From Tubulanus polymorphus (lineage: Eukaryota > Animalia > Nemertea): a stretch of DNA of 64,000 nt. Shown here in pieces: positions 30,457 to 44,700 of the stretch; position 1 is the stretch's first letter, and each line of letters opens with the position of its first letter. The notes under the pieces were generated by a model. That model was not told the origin of the DNA. It made no database searches and saw only the letters and a program-made list of their open reading frames with translations. A program made the position numbers and the translations under genes. The stretch lies in assembly GCF_964204645.1 (NCBI RefSeq), contig NC_134026.1, positions 2,441,950-2,505,949 on the forward strand. Reading direction: 5' to 3'.

Positions 30457-32720
30457 CACTGCTTTAAAGGAGACAGATTTTCTGCATGTAGTGATAAGTG
30501 TACCAGTATATGTATACGCATATAAGTTGTAACATCATACTTTGCTATTCATCTTTGATCTAACATAATTTTGATTTGAAAAAGCTTCCACTCTTCAGAA
30601 ATACGAAAGCTTATGTGAAACTCGATGTAAGCATTTATTTTGTTTTCCTTACTGGCTACTTGTTTTGTATGGAAGAAAGGCTTCTTATTGCAAAATAAAC
30701 GATAAAGCATTTATGCGAGCAAAAGGGAAACAATGATTGACATGTTCTTGTTAACTGATAATAAAATAGTATTTGGTAAGAAAGGATTTTCTTAGTGTTT
30801 ACTGTAGGACTTTTTGTTTTCGAGGACATGACATTTATGATGGTTCATTGAATTGGAGTTTGAAGATTGGCTTACCTGTCCTCTTATCATGTAACTGCAA
30901 TTAAACAGTCTACAAAACAATCACCGATGTTTTGAGTACCATAACTGGAAAAAAGTTCAATTGTAAGGCCCATATTTGAGAACTCGAGTGATGATAGCTT
31001 GTAGCTCCTAAACCGAAAATATTTTCAAAGGTGTTTGAAACCCCTTTAATTTGAGTAAGATGCCCAAACTTCCTTCAATCTTGAGGAATTGGCGACGAGA
31101 AATTTTGAGTTTTTTTGCCTATTTATCATGATATCCATTCCAAGAGAACTAAATGAAACGCAATATCTTATAGATTTCTATATATTTTATTCGGAAAAAT
31201 GTTCAGATTATTTACATACAATGGATTATTAATTTCACATGCTAGTAAGCACAGTATAATAATATTTAGACAATAATTTTATAAGTTCATAGAACAATGA
31301 AGCTACATAGTTCCTTTATTATATGACGTATTAAATTTCATTTTTTGCTCTTTCCAAATTCTTTCAAACTTGAACACAATCAATAACTCAATAATACCAG
31401 GGAAGAAGAAAGAAAGAAACTATGTAATTTTGCGGTATTCTTCATTACGATTACGGTATATATTGACGCAATTCACAAGAATTTCACAGTACTTGTATTT
31501 ATAAAAACGCTAATAATTTTTCAGTTGACGATTTTCATCGAATACTCATAAATAATCTAACCATTGTACAAAATGCTACTAATTAAGCTCCACATTCGCA
31601 AAACACAAACCGGGATCAAGTTTAGGGTGGATATTTAGCCACAGAAATTCTTACAAAAATATGCATTTTCATAGAAATAAAAAGTGAAGTACGATGAAGG
31701 CGGGTGGGCTGGTGAGTGAACTATGACAAAATAAATCTCCATATTACAGTGAAATGTTGGTAGTTGAGCATGATATCAAAATGGAAGTCGTGATTTTCCA
31801 TAAATTCTTTTGACTTCTAAGATGAAACTGGCTGATAACAATAGCTTCATGCAGAAATTAAATCTGGAATATAAAATTCATTTTTAATCTTTACTGCACG
31901 CATTATGTCGCACTATGCCAACCATACTTTGGTAACAAATATCGAGAACAAGATAAAATATACACTTTGCATTTTTATGTACATATGAATATGAAAATGA
32001 CATTCACAGTGAACCAACTTTAAACATGTGTAAGGAAAGATCATACTGGCCTCCGAAGCATTAACATTCAAATATCAACATTATCAAAAGAAGTGAATAT
32101 TTTTTATTCAAATTTTTTGAACAGTAGAAAAAACATCTGAAACAGATTTTAAGGCCTAGGTTTATACAAGTGATTTGCTTCATTTTATATGCAGATGTAC
32201 ATGTATGTTACAACATGGACTTGATGCAATGAATTATCTGGTTCCTGTCCAGAATTGAGAATGCATGTACATCACATATCACACCCCACTGTATTTGAAA
32301 GAATACTCTCGACTTTCAAGTTGATTAAAGAGCAAATTCACAAATCAGAATCACAGATATAATTTTATATACATTTTAGTTTGATTATTGATTTGAATAC
32401 TTACATACGAACTATTCATGTATGTTTACATAATAAATATGTTTTTATAATGTAGACATTTTGATTATGTTTTACACGTTAGACTGTAGTACCGGTACAA
32501 CAGAAAATCTAACTCATTTTCTACACATAACCACATCGTTAATCAGTTCACGTGTCTTCAGATCAGATACAACGACAAAGTTTGAATAATTTCTTAATCA
32601 AGAGATCAGAATTCACTATTTCAGCGCCATATTCACTCTTTGACACTAAAGTTTTAGATTCAGTTTATTGGTAGTCACAGAAATACAAGAGACAGCAATC
32701 CTATATAATATGTAATTCTA

Positions 32721-35700
32721 CTATAGCATCGTTTCATAAATATGTGGATTATTTAAAATATCGTAAATGCGTGGGTCTCTATGACGATGATGGGTCGTTG
32801 TCGGTTGTGCCGTGTTCTCATCAGCGCATTGCGCAATGTCCGCTTCATTATTGCGATTTTGATCATTCCCGGAATCTTCAGTCGGTTGCCGAGGATGATG
32901 ATTATGATGATGATGATGAGGAGGATGATTATGGTGATGGTGGTGATGATGATGGTGATGATGTTCAGGATCTGTATCTCTATCCAGCATCTCGTAGTCC
33001 GAGCCTTTATTACTACAATATATTCCCGAACTGCTCGAAGTTGAAGCGCTTCCCGGGCGTTTATTATCATCTGCTCGTTCGCCAGCCTCGATCTCATCAG
33101 AATTATTCTGGAAACAATTGAAATTTGAACATCAAGGTTGACATTAACAAGGTTGACATCTAGGATGTAAGTGTCAATTCAATTGGACAATGCTGGTAGT
33201 GTTGTTTATTGTATTCTACCTGGAATGCACGTGGATCTGCTGAAGCCAAGATTTCTTCATTATTATCATTAGATAAATCCATTGAACCGTACTCTGTACC
33301 AGTATTACGTCCTCTCTCTTCATTAGACATCTGAATATAAAACACGTCGTCCATAATCTTTATCTGAATCGTATGACTTTCGGTATTCACGTTTTAGAAT
33401 GAGTTCTCATTATGATTGTCAATAAGATTCATGAAGTGTATCATTTACTTACAGGTATAAGTGGAGTACTGTCAACATGCGGATCCCATTCCAGATCTTC
33501 TGATTTTTCAGTGTTTTCAGTATTGTTTCTTTGCCGCGAAACATTAGGTGTCATCCATAATTTATTATCATCCTCTTCAAGATCTACAAAATATGAAAAA
33601 GGATCATTAAGAAATAAGGAAGTTTTCTATGCTAAAATCATTTCGACATGACACATTATACATGATATACAAATGAATATTTTATAATATGCATTTTCAT
33701 GGCATGAGCAGAATCCGATGATGTTATTAACCTTTAAATATCGATTAGCAAGCAAAATGTGTTGTTCATGAAATGAACACAAGAGCAATGAAACATGAAT
33801 GAACAAATGAACGAAACAATAAAGTGCGAGTGGAGGAGTGAATGATCAACAAAAATGAGGAAAAACATCAGAAATTTAACACAAAGTCTACAACATGTTA
33901 GTATTGAAATCAGCCCAAATTCAAAGCTGAAAATTATAGAAACAGCTCGGACCCGAGTTTCAACCAGATAATCCTAAGCTATAGAAATTCGGATTGTTGT
34001 ACAATTTACTGATTAATAAAATAATAGCATTCTTTGAATTAATGTTAAAAGGTACAAAATATTAAACCATTAGATCACTGTTAAGTTCTTAAATATACTC
34101 AATCCAAATGTATACAATAAACCTTAGCAGTCTTACTGTTATGGTTATATATTTCATCCATGGTTATTTTCGACATTCTTCATGGTAAATTCAAGGATAT
34201 TTTCTACACAACACTATAATTATGTAATACAATAGAATTTACAATCTTTTTTTACAGAAAGTTTGTACGTACTTATCAATCCACAAGATAATTCAAATTC
34301 TCCCTGCTCCGTAACCTGCTGAAACTTTCAAAACCAAAGTGATTTGAAGATGGGTTTGTTAGTGTGGCAAAGAAAAGCGAATTTGAAAAGTTCAAAAAGA
34401 AGCAGATTAGAAATAGCAAAACTCTACAGTATCCTATGCTGTAATGATATCACCCTTATACATATATGTACAAAAAGATGGCAGCTTACCTATTAAGATA
34501 CATGACAACGACTTAAGAATGAATTCAGTGCGGATCTCACTATAAAATAAATCTTTGAAGCTATTCGGAAACAAATCCTTGAAGTATTTCATGACAACCA
34601 TAGATATAACTAGTTACGCTTTGCATCCTCTGCGGTTAACTGAATTCTCAGATGAATTACACAACTAAATATCATTTTACATTAGAAATGCCTTTATTTA
34701 CATAGCTTCATATCTTGTTATATACAAAATGACTAAAAATATATTGATGATGATGATAATAATAATTAGTACAAATACGACTTCAGATCATTGGCTAACC
34801 TACTGCTCAGTTGATAAGTACGAGTCACATAATAAACCATTAAAACAAAACTGATAATAAAATCCGATAGGCATAAAATGCAACTTAGACCAAATCTTTC
34901 CTATAGAAATTGACCAATCATAATTCACTTAAAACAGAATACGATTAACATTCACAATTCAACAAATGATAAAATTCTCGAAAATACATAATCATTAATC
35001 AATCAATTTTTTCAGTTATTCTCCATTGGCCTTAGTCTTATCGTAACCATCTTTTTCAGTTTTGAACTAATACAAATATGTGTGCCTAAGCAACACGAAA
35101 AAATATAACAGACTTGAGAGACAAATTAAACATGTATAAGCACGTTATAAAGAAACAACACACAGAAACAGTTTAGATTTATGACTAGACAATTTAAGTT
35201 TGCGAACGGAAAAATTAACTAAGTGCGATTATCTAAAAAAAGTTGAAAAGACTTATTAAAATCGAGTGATGGTCCACGAAAACAGATTGCTTCTATTAGA
35301 ATGCGTTGTAAAACCACACATGAGTGATACACTGGCAAGTGAGTATGTATATGAGTGCGAGTCATACATACGTACTTGGTAAATCTCGATTTAATTTCTC
35401 CATCTCTGCTAACACTTCTGAGATCGAGGATGGCGATCGTTTCTTTCTAAGTTTCGCTTGTCGTTGAGGAGAATTCTGGACCAAAGGCTGAAATTATGAA
35501 ACAAATCACTATTACAGTGGGTTTGAATCCTGAGGTGAGGATATCTAAAAAAGGCTTAACGTGCTTATAGTTGACAGCGTAAATACAGTTATCTTCACTG
35601 GTATCCATCACAAGATGCTATCACGATTCAGCTGCCATTCATTTGCGCATAATCCCAAAGTTATGTCCAGGGATCTTTTTCTAACAGTCGATATAAGTAA

Positions 35701-38700
35701 AATATCCCAGTTCTATTGGAGCCCACTATTTGGGTATCGGTGTTGAGTTTCATTCACTACTCACCAAGTATGGCTCTTCCATGTAGTGATCAGCATGGTG
35801 ATCGACTGGAACTATGTGGCGTCGAGGGGCAGAAGGAGCTGCGAAAGCATAAGATATCTGTTAGTAAATGTCATATCATACATAAGAAAGCCCAGCATTG
35901 CTTGTGCAAATAGCATATCATCACCCTGTGATTAATGTGTGGGGCCAGTTATGTGGTTACTTAGTGTTTTAAAAAAGCTGTTGAATTAAAAACCATAGTA
36001 AAGTCAATGTGGAAAAGATTAGATGTATTAGATATCTTTTATAGATTTATGTAAACTAAAACCCTGCTCTGATACAGAATTAAGAAATGGAACGACATTT
36101 TTGCAACATGATCAATGGTTTGACTTGCTTAAACCGATAATATCAGCGTTCAACTAATGAATTTACACCAAAACTCATACGATCATAAAAACATGAACTT
36201 TATCCTCCTACAAAGAACCATCATGCATTTAACAACCCTGCACCAATGCTTTTTGAAACCCATCTTAATTCTTGTAAGGTAGATAGGCCAACATGCGATC
36301 ATAACTGTATAGAGATTTACACCTGTTTGCCAGGTTTTTAGAAGTTATATTTCTAAGGATGAAAGACTTTCTGGTGATGTGAATCCTTTGTGAGTGGTAC
36401 ATGCCTAACCACTTGCAACAAAGCATGTTATCATTGGCTACATTCTGAGTATAAATTAGAAAATGAAGCGTTAGGTTTATGTTCTTTGTAGATAGTCAGT
36501 CATTGGTTATAGTGAAGATTATATGTTATCATATTGTGAATACAATGTTTTGAAAAATAATTACATGTTTCATCGTCCATCACTGAAATTGAATATCGTT
36601 GAAATATAAGTTTGTGCAATGAATCCTTCTTCCTTTGATTTGAATCAATAAACGATTTAAGTGAAGCATTTTTCAAAATAATTAAGTTGTAAAAGTGTTG
36701 AAGAAAATTTTGAAAAAATTGTTCAGTATAAATGAACTAAAGTAGAATGCACGGATAGCTGAGGATGGTAAATCGTAGTTCATCCGTGGTCCAGGTTAAT
36801 GATCTCGATCGAATCAAGCATAAATGATTCCTTTTCCGAATAGTAACTGCTTAAAAACTTGTCATCATTCATGTATTGATTTATAGGATGGTACTGAACT
36901 TATGACTCACTTAAAACTCATCCTCCCTCTGCAGGGACTCGAACCTGATGGCATCGCTACACTCAGCCACGGCACGAACCCCTGCATCAGTAGACTGGGT
37001 GCGCAGGTACATGCGCAGCTTTCCGAACGAAAACTGGCGGCACCAATCAGATTGCTCATTGTATAATCGTTGAGGCAAATTTCAAGGAAGAACTATAAAT
37101 GGGAAAACCCGGGCTAAAATAAAACGGGATTTCTGATTGGCTAAAAATCACATCATCTGAACTGCGCATGTATCTGCGCACACAGTCGATTATGGCCGGA
37201 TTTCGTGCCGTGGCAATCTCGATGCCATCAGGTTCGAATCCCTGCCGGGGGAGGATGGACAAAACTATGTCCCAAATATTCAGACAAATACTTACATTCT
37301 AATTCGATATCAGTGAGATCCTCCATACTGGCTATATGACTAACACTACTCTGAGTTATAATACTGCTTGACATCGGCGTAGAAGGTGGTAATTTCAACA
37401 TCGACGGTCTTAACGTAATATCACCCAAATTACTCAACATTCCGTTCTCACGCAGATAATCCGTATCTGCTAATAATCTATCTTCAATTTCGTTTTCTTT
37501 GCTGCCGCTGAAGTTCGACCGCGATCTCATCAACGTCGGTGGCGGTTTCGTGAAATCCGGTCGATCGAACAGCTCCAGTTTTTCGTACTCTTTCTGTTTT
37601 TGTTCCTCTTTTTTCTTTCGATTACGATGAATACTTCGTAATAATAACGCGATGATCGTCGCTATCAGAATCATTATCACTATCAACACAGCAGCTATTA
37701 CTGTAATAAACATACAACAATCATCTGAATAACGATCCAGCAGAAAGGAAAGAAACAGGTAAAACTGAAAAAATTGTTTTCAACAGCTACCTTGTTCCAT
37801 GGTAATGATGTTCAGGAGTCAGTTCCACAGTTGTAGGTTATAGGATTTGACTCTAGGGTCGAATATTTTAGATGGACTAATTTAAAAACTCTTAAATCTA
37901 ACTCATACAACTGTATAACTGGGTCCTGTTTGAACATCATTTCTTAAGTTATGAACGCATTGAGAATATTTAAAAGATTTCTATTGAAAATTACGAGTAC
38001 TTACTCATAGCAATGGACGGTGTGTTATCAGACTCCATAACGGGTGCTATTCTATTATCTACTATATATTCTACGGTATCAGCCGGTCTAAATGGCCAGG
38101 GTGGGAATGTATATCTCTACAAACAGAATATAATATAAATATAAATATAATATAAATCATTAAATTGAACTGCTAATGATTAAAATGGTAAAGCACATTA
38201 GATAGAAATTCACCTCAATTCCATATAAAGGAGATACAGTGGTTGGAATATATGGTATGGTTACGGCGAACTTGGCGCATTGACCTTTCTGAACATTACC
38301 GATGACTCGAATGTTTGATGGCGGACCATCTTCAGCGAATAACTGACGAAGTGGTTCTAAAGCTGGTAAGTTCGTATCGCCTTCCCAATACTGGAAATCT
38401 GTAAATGCAATGTATATAAAGAATGAAAAAGGGCTCAGAGTCATTTTGTAGTATATAAGATTTGCGCATCAAAACATTTTCTTACTTGATATACAGCCAG
38501 TGTAGTTTGAATGGGATGATTTCAAAATGCCGTACATATTCTCAGAAGTGAGGCGATAACCACCAATAAATAACTTTTTAGCCGTTAGAAGAAACGGACC
38601 TGATAACAACTGTTTTTTCTCTTCCTTATCATCAACCTAAAGATTAATAATAAATGATATCGTGATCTATTCGATCAAAGCCAAGAATAAGCAATACTCA

Positions 38701-41700
38701 ATTTATAAATATGAATTGACTATTAATAATTCTGTACTAACAGTAAATGTAATCCAATTTTTAACTCTGCTGTACGACACTTTATGTCTGTGTCCATCAT
38801 TGAACGAGCCTTTTACACTCAATCTATCTGTAAATTCAAACGGCAACAAAATGATAATATGTATGCATACTCATGATTGAAATTGAATATTTTCAGTGTA
38901 CTTACAGAAGTTTCCAGCTCCAAGAAATATTTTTGCAGAAATACCACCATAACTATCAATGTATAAAGCTAAATACGTTTTCGCTCGCCTGAAAAAGGTT
39001 TAATTTAATCATGTTTAAAACTAACTTATATTCTATAAAACGTATTCAATGTAAAATGTTCCACACAAAAAATAATCAGCAGATATTACGTACCCATGAC
39101 CTGAACCTTCCACAACCACGAGATAAGGCTCCATGTAGCCTGATGTTTCCGAAGAGAAAGCAAACTTCATTGACTCTCCCAAATCATTAGCACCGGTTCG
39201 TGGAAGATTTAATGAAACAGTTGAATATCCATCAAACAACGCAGCAGTTTCTAAAATGATAAATCATTGATAATTTTCATCTTTCCCTATGTGAATTCAC
39301 AGGATCAAGATAAGCTTTATTTAGCAAAATTCTCCCATAAGAATTGCAGTTCCCAAGTAGTAATTTGATAACTGAATACAGAATGAATTGCCGGGTGCAG
39401 ATGACTTTGCAAGTCCAAGAGTAGCCTAGCTTCTAAATCTCAATAGAACTGTTTGTATCGAATTCATCACATACATGCTTTCACTTCTTATCATGAACAC
39501 ACATCAAATAATGTTTTAATTCCGTTATACAGGGGAAAATTACCAACTTGCAAACTTGACATCAAAAAGATTTTCACATATTCAGTGATTCAAATGGGGA
39601 ATATTGTGTTAGACATCCACACAAAACAGAAAATTGGTTAGTAACAGCTGAAAGTCTGATGAACTGGAAAAAAGATTTTTCTAGAAGAAATCAAATCTAA
39701 AACAAACATTGTTTGGTCATCTTAGTAGAACTGATTTTCTTCGGAGACAACCAAATTTGGATGTAAAACTACTGGAAGGATTCAAGGTTGTTAGGTAAAT
39801 TACTACAACTTTTCTACAACTGACACCAAATGGGGTGCATTACATACAACAATAATACCTAAATCTTCCTCACTGAACATCCTTCCTGTGCCAGTTTTGC
39901 AACACTACGGACACCCACTATTCTAGTGCCCTAATGTCTTACCCATTTTTTAAAAGTAGCAATTCCGATATGATCAATAAGTAGTGATGGCATAGTATAG
40001 TGAAACTATGTCAGATTTAAGCTCTTTAATAATCAAGGGGTTGAAACCTTTTTTCTCAATGCAAAAAATAAATAGCTAGAACTAGAACAATGCCCGACCC
40101 CTAAGAGGCTTTTTAATGAATTTATTGACTGGAGATGTTCAGAGGAAAAAATTGGTCAACAGAATGTTAGCATGCAGAAATTTCTTACCTCGGAAGACCT
40201 TAACTGTTTTTAGGAAAGTTTAGGGAAGAGACGAACGACAAAGTGTTAGAACACACATACCCCTTAAACATATCAACTGATTTTACATGCATGTACATGT
40301 TTCCTGTCTGAGATTGACTACCAAGAAATTTTCTAAATTAAAAGTTTTGTTTGACGACAATAACTCAAATTGACTCAACACAGATCTTCCAAAAATGAAT
40401 ACAGACACGTATCAGCAAAATGAGTTGACAATGATATTGTAAAATTCGCAAAAGATACCAGATATGAACAGGCATCTTTCAATAAGCTATGAATATTTTT
40501 GCTGAGCAGAAAATATTATACGGTAACTTAATCTAACATTTCAGAACTACTGCATTTGACTACTAAATCAATAGTGTATAGTTTCATGTATCTACAGAAA
40601 TCAGAAATTCTCTTCAATGCGATGATCAAACTATTAGTTAAAAATCGGAAGCATTAGAAATACATGTATTAGCAGCCAGTAAACAATATGATATATACAC
40701 AAATTAGAACAACACTATAATAGTTTTGTTATTACGAAAAAGGAAATAATATCCACAGGAGTGTTCATTAGGTTTTTTCTGTAGTCGTCTAAGATTTTAA
40801 GTGCACCCAATTTTCAATGGTTTTAGGATCACTGTAGGATCAAAAGAATCAGCACCCTGTGCTGTATGATTTGAAGTGATTTGTGGAAAGGAGTGGCAAA
40901 TAATTAGATATAATTTCGTTTTATAACTTACCAGCATCACATAATTTGCCAATATAACTAGTGCCTGTACAGTTACACTGATAACGTCCTAACCATTTCT
41001 CCGTGCACACTGACCCGTGTTTACACGGTTTAAAATCACAACCCGATACACAGGTAGGATGTGTCCCTGTATGAAAACAAACGAAAAATACATTAAATTC
41101 ACTACACTATGACATATATTGTATACAATTCTATTGAAAGAAATCAGACTTAAGAAACCGCTAAAATAGACAATACTAATTCCCATATGTTGGAAACTTA
41201 AATCGTACTTACCATTCTTTGGGTGTGCTTTCGATGATAGGTTAAATACTTGACTGCCGAGTTTAAAACCTCGGATACATCCGATAAACTGAGGAATACT
41301 CGTTAAATATGTCTTCGGGACTCCACCCAGATAGACGCGAAACCCGGGTTTAAACGGCTCTGATGTCCTCGGTGGAATCACCGTTTCTGAAAAGAAAGAG
41401 AAAATGTTGCGTTGTATATTTTCTAGTAACCTTTTGTCGATTCTTGCACAAGTTCTTATTGAAATTTACCTTCATGTATGAATGGTTTACTGGAGTAAGC
41501 GATTAATCTCAGTCTTCTAACTCCCATTTCTAATCGATAACTATTCGCGTATATATCTAACCAATCCCAGTGCTGGGTTATCACGAGCTGCTTCCAGGTC
41601 CCGTCATCTAAACCTAATCGAGATGAAAATCAGTATCAGTTTATATTTCTTAGCAGCCTATACTTCTTTTCGGATGAAGGATTTACATACCCATGATAGG

Positions 41701-44700
41701 AATGTTCTTTTCATGAATTCGTATTCCCACATTATACGTATACCGCAGTGTCGTCCCTCGAATTATTGTCAACTGCATGAAATTGTTTAATTCGTCATGG
41801 GCATAAAATAGAAGACCGTTTTTATGATATGTTCGGAAGCTGATCGTGATATCTTTCTGAATCAGTTTGTTATACATCTGATCAAACTCATAAGCCAGAT
41901 ATGCTCCTTGCTTTAAGAATGTCACCATATCTTGGTCAATATCTGGAAGACGAACCATTTATATCCATGAATATTTCTATTAATACCCATATCAAAAGGC
42001 ATTACATTGTTAGTACTATGTTTATACTGGATCCCTTCTTATTCTTAGGCACAATCTATAGTGTGTCAGTCAATTCCAACATTTCTAATTTTCACCCATC
42101 AATAAACTTACTTGTTTCACATTTTTCACCATAATGTGAAGCTGGTTTGGCACATATACATTTGAACGAGTTCCAATATTCGACACAACGTCCTCCATAT
42201 TTACAAGGGTTTGGTTTACACCACGGATAACAACCTTTACCAACACCAGTGGAACTACAAAAATATTTCAAGGTAATCATATTCTACTTCAATAAGAGCA
42301 ACAGCATAGAATTAGCTAACATAAGTTATGTTCAAACTATTCATGCTCTGTGGTCAGATCATCCTCCCCCGGCAGGGATTCGAACCTGATGGCATCGAGA
42401 TTGCCACAGCACGAAACCCTGCCATAATCGACCGTGTGCGCAGATACATGCGCAGTTCAGATGATGTGATTTTTAGCCAATCAGAAATCCCGTTTTATTT
42501 TATCCCGGGTTTTCCCATTTATAGCTCTTCCTTGAAATTTGCCTCAACGATTATACAACGAGCAATCTGATTGGTGCCGCCAGTTTTCGTTCGGAAAGCT
42601 GCGCATGTACCTGCGCACCCGGTCTACTGATGCAGGGGTTCGTGCCGTGGCTGAGTGTAGCGATGCCATCAGGTTCGAGTCCCAGCAGAGGGAGGATGTG
42701 GTCAGATAGGATGTAACTTACTTTATTGTAACATATTCAGATAATGGCGCTTCTACACCATTATACTCAAACGTTCTAAAACAACCCTCAAAACTTGGAT
42801 CTCTGAAATAGAAATGAGTTGTCATTAGAAAGATAAATATAAGTCACTCTTTACTATAGATTCTTTCATTTCATAAAAAACTTACTCCCTAGATCCACCT
42901 AAAGTCATCTTCGTTTTATATTTGACCATCTTCTCATCTTTGACTAGATCTCGCAGTTCCGATTGTAAACCAAATACAGCGCGTAGCTGGAACTGATCAT
43001 ACTGCAACGCCACCTGATGCCAAACTTCATCATTCAAAGACTGATGAGATTTTAGGAAGATTTGGTGTCTCTTAGCAGACGTGGTGAAGTTAAACAATAC
43101 GGTAGTTTCTGCAAATTTAGAAACATTTATAGAAAGCTTTATTCAGTAAATCGAAATGTATTCATTAAGAGCGCTTTGTGGTAAAAACATACCATTGAAG
43201 ACTTTGATAGTTAAATCATCTTTTCCTTGTCTTTGTTTGACTAAGGTACAGTGCGTTTTAGTTGTGCGAAACCAGAAAGACAGATCACCTCTCGACCAAC
43301 CAGGAATTACCAGAAAAGTAGAATCTTTTCCGAAAGCCACTTCATTTTTGTCATTTTTCGCTGAATTTGGATATAAAAACTTGTGCAAAGTGACATGTTC
43401 ATGTTCATGACAATAGAATTTCTATTTCATTAAAATAAGAAACTGGTATCTGCACTTACAAGTTCCATAACACTTTAAAGGACCCAATGTAACATCAGCA
43501 ACACCAGGCCCGTCCTGTATGAAAATCATTTCTGTCACTGGAACTTGGGACTTGTCTTTAAACGTACCAAAATCGGTCATCCACTTTCTATAACCTATTA
43601 AACACATCAGAAAATCCATTAAAATTATTTTCATCACACCCAAAAAAATATACTTCATTGTTATATGAAAATGCAGCTAACCCGCATCACAACTGCAAGT
43701 ATGACCATGCACACAGCTGTAGTTACTATGACAGCCACACTGTCCATTATTCTTAGCACCGAGTGCGCTGTACATGTTACCAGAAGCCGATACCATCCAC
43801 GTCATATGACCAAGCCTAGAAAAAAAGTGATAACTTATTAGACTTCAGGAAGCCAGATTTACTGTAGTTAGATATCAATTACAATATGCAATCTTCTTTT
43901 AATTACCTGATTGGTGCTTTCCAGCATTTGTACGTTATATTTTGCTCACAGCCTTTTGACGAATTCGATAACATATTCAACATCTCCAAATCCATATCCC
44001 TGAAGTCACAAGAGTTTATATCAACTGATTTACTTCATATGAAGGAATAACATTAATTGTGAGGAATCAAAAAGAGCATTTTCTGTAATACATTACCTGT
44101 AATCTATAATTTTCTTAATGTTAGGTAATTTTGGACTGCGGACTGTGGTACGTTTATAAAGATTATGATCCACGGATGTCATTGCGTACGATCCAAATTT
44201 CCCTCTTGTCACACCCATCTCGCATTGCACATAGCTTGGTTTAAGTGGACCATTTCCATCCAAATCTATTCGCCTGATACTACTCGTTCTCATACCCGAC
44301 AAGTAATACTCCTCGCAAGATTTCATGTATTTTGCTAAAATGTAAGATGATTGAATTCAAATAATTCGCTTAACAGTTATCAATAATGCAAAGCTTAAAC
44401 AGTCATCAATGCAAAGCTATGTAGTTCACAAATTGTATTGTACTGGTGAATTGTTATACGCTCATGTGTTTGAAATAACTTACAAAAGTGACAAGCTGTT
44501 CCTTCATAACCAGTATCACCGCAGTCACAATGTATTTCATACCAGTCTGATAAACAAGTCGAACCGTGTTGACATTGACTAGAATGTTCACAATAATCCC
44601 GCAAGTTACAATTATCTAATATCACATCTTTTACTGATGTATGCACAATCTCACGCATTTCTAACAGTTTTCCATCAAGTTTGATGCCACGAATACAACC

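Noticed and set aside
32744-33121. Asp-, Met- and Ile-rich ORFs overlapping the His tract
   Set aside because: Alternative-frame and antisense shadows of the CAT/CAC repeat.
37056-42570. Duplicate ORFs ILPRQGFEPDGIEIATARNP... (37056-37262, 42328-42570)
   Set aside because: Chance reading frames through the two MITE copies; not transposase-like.
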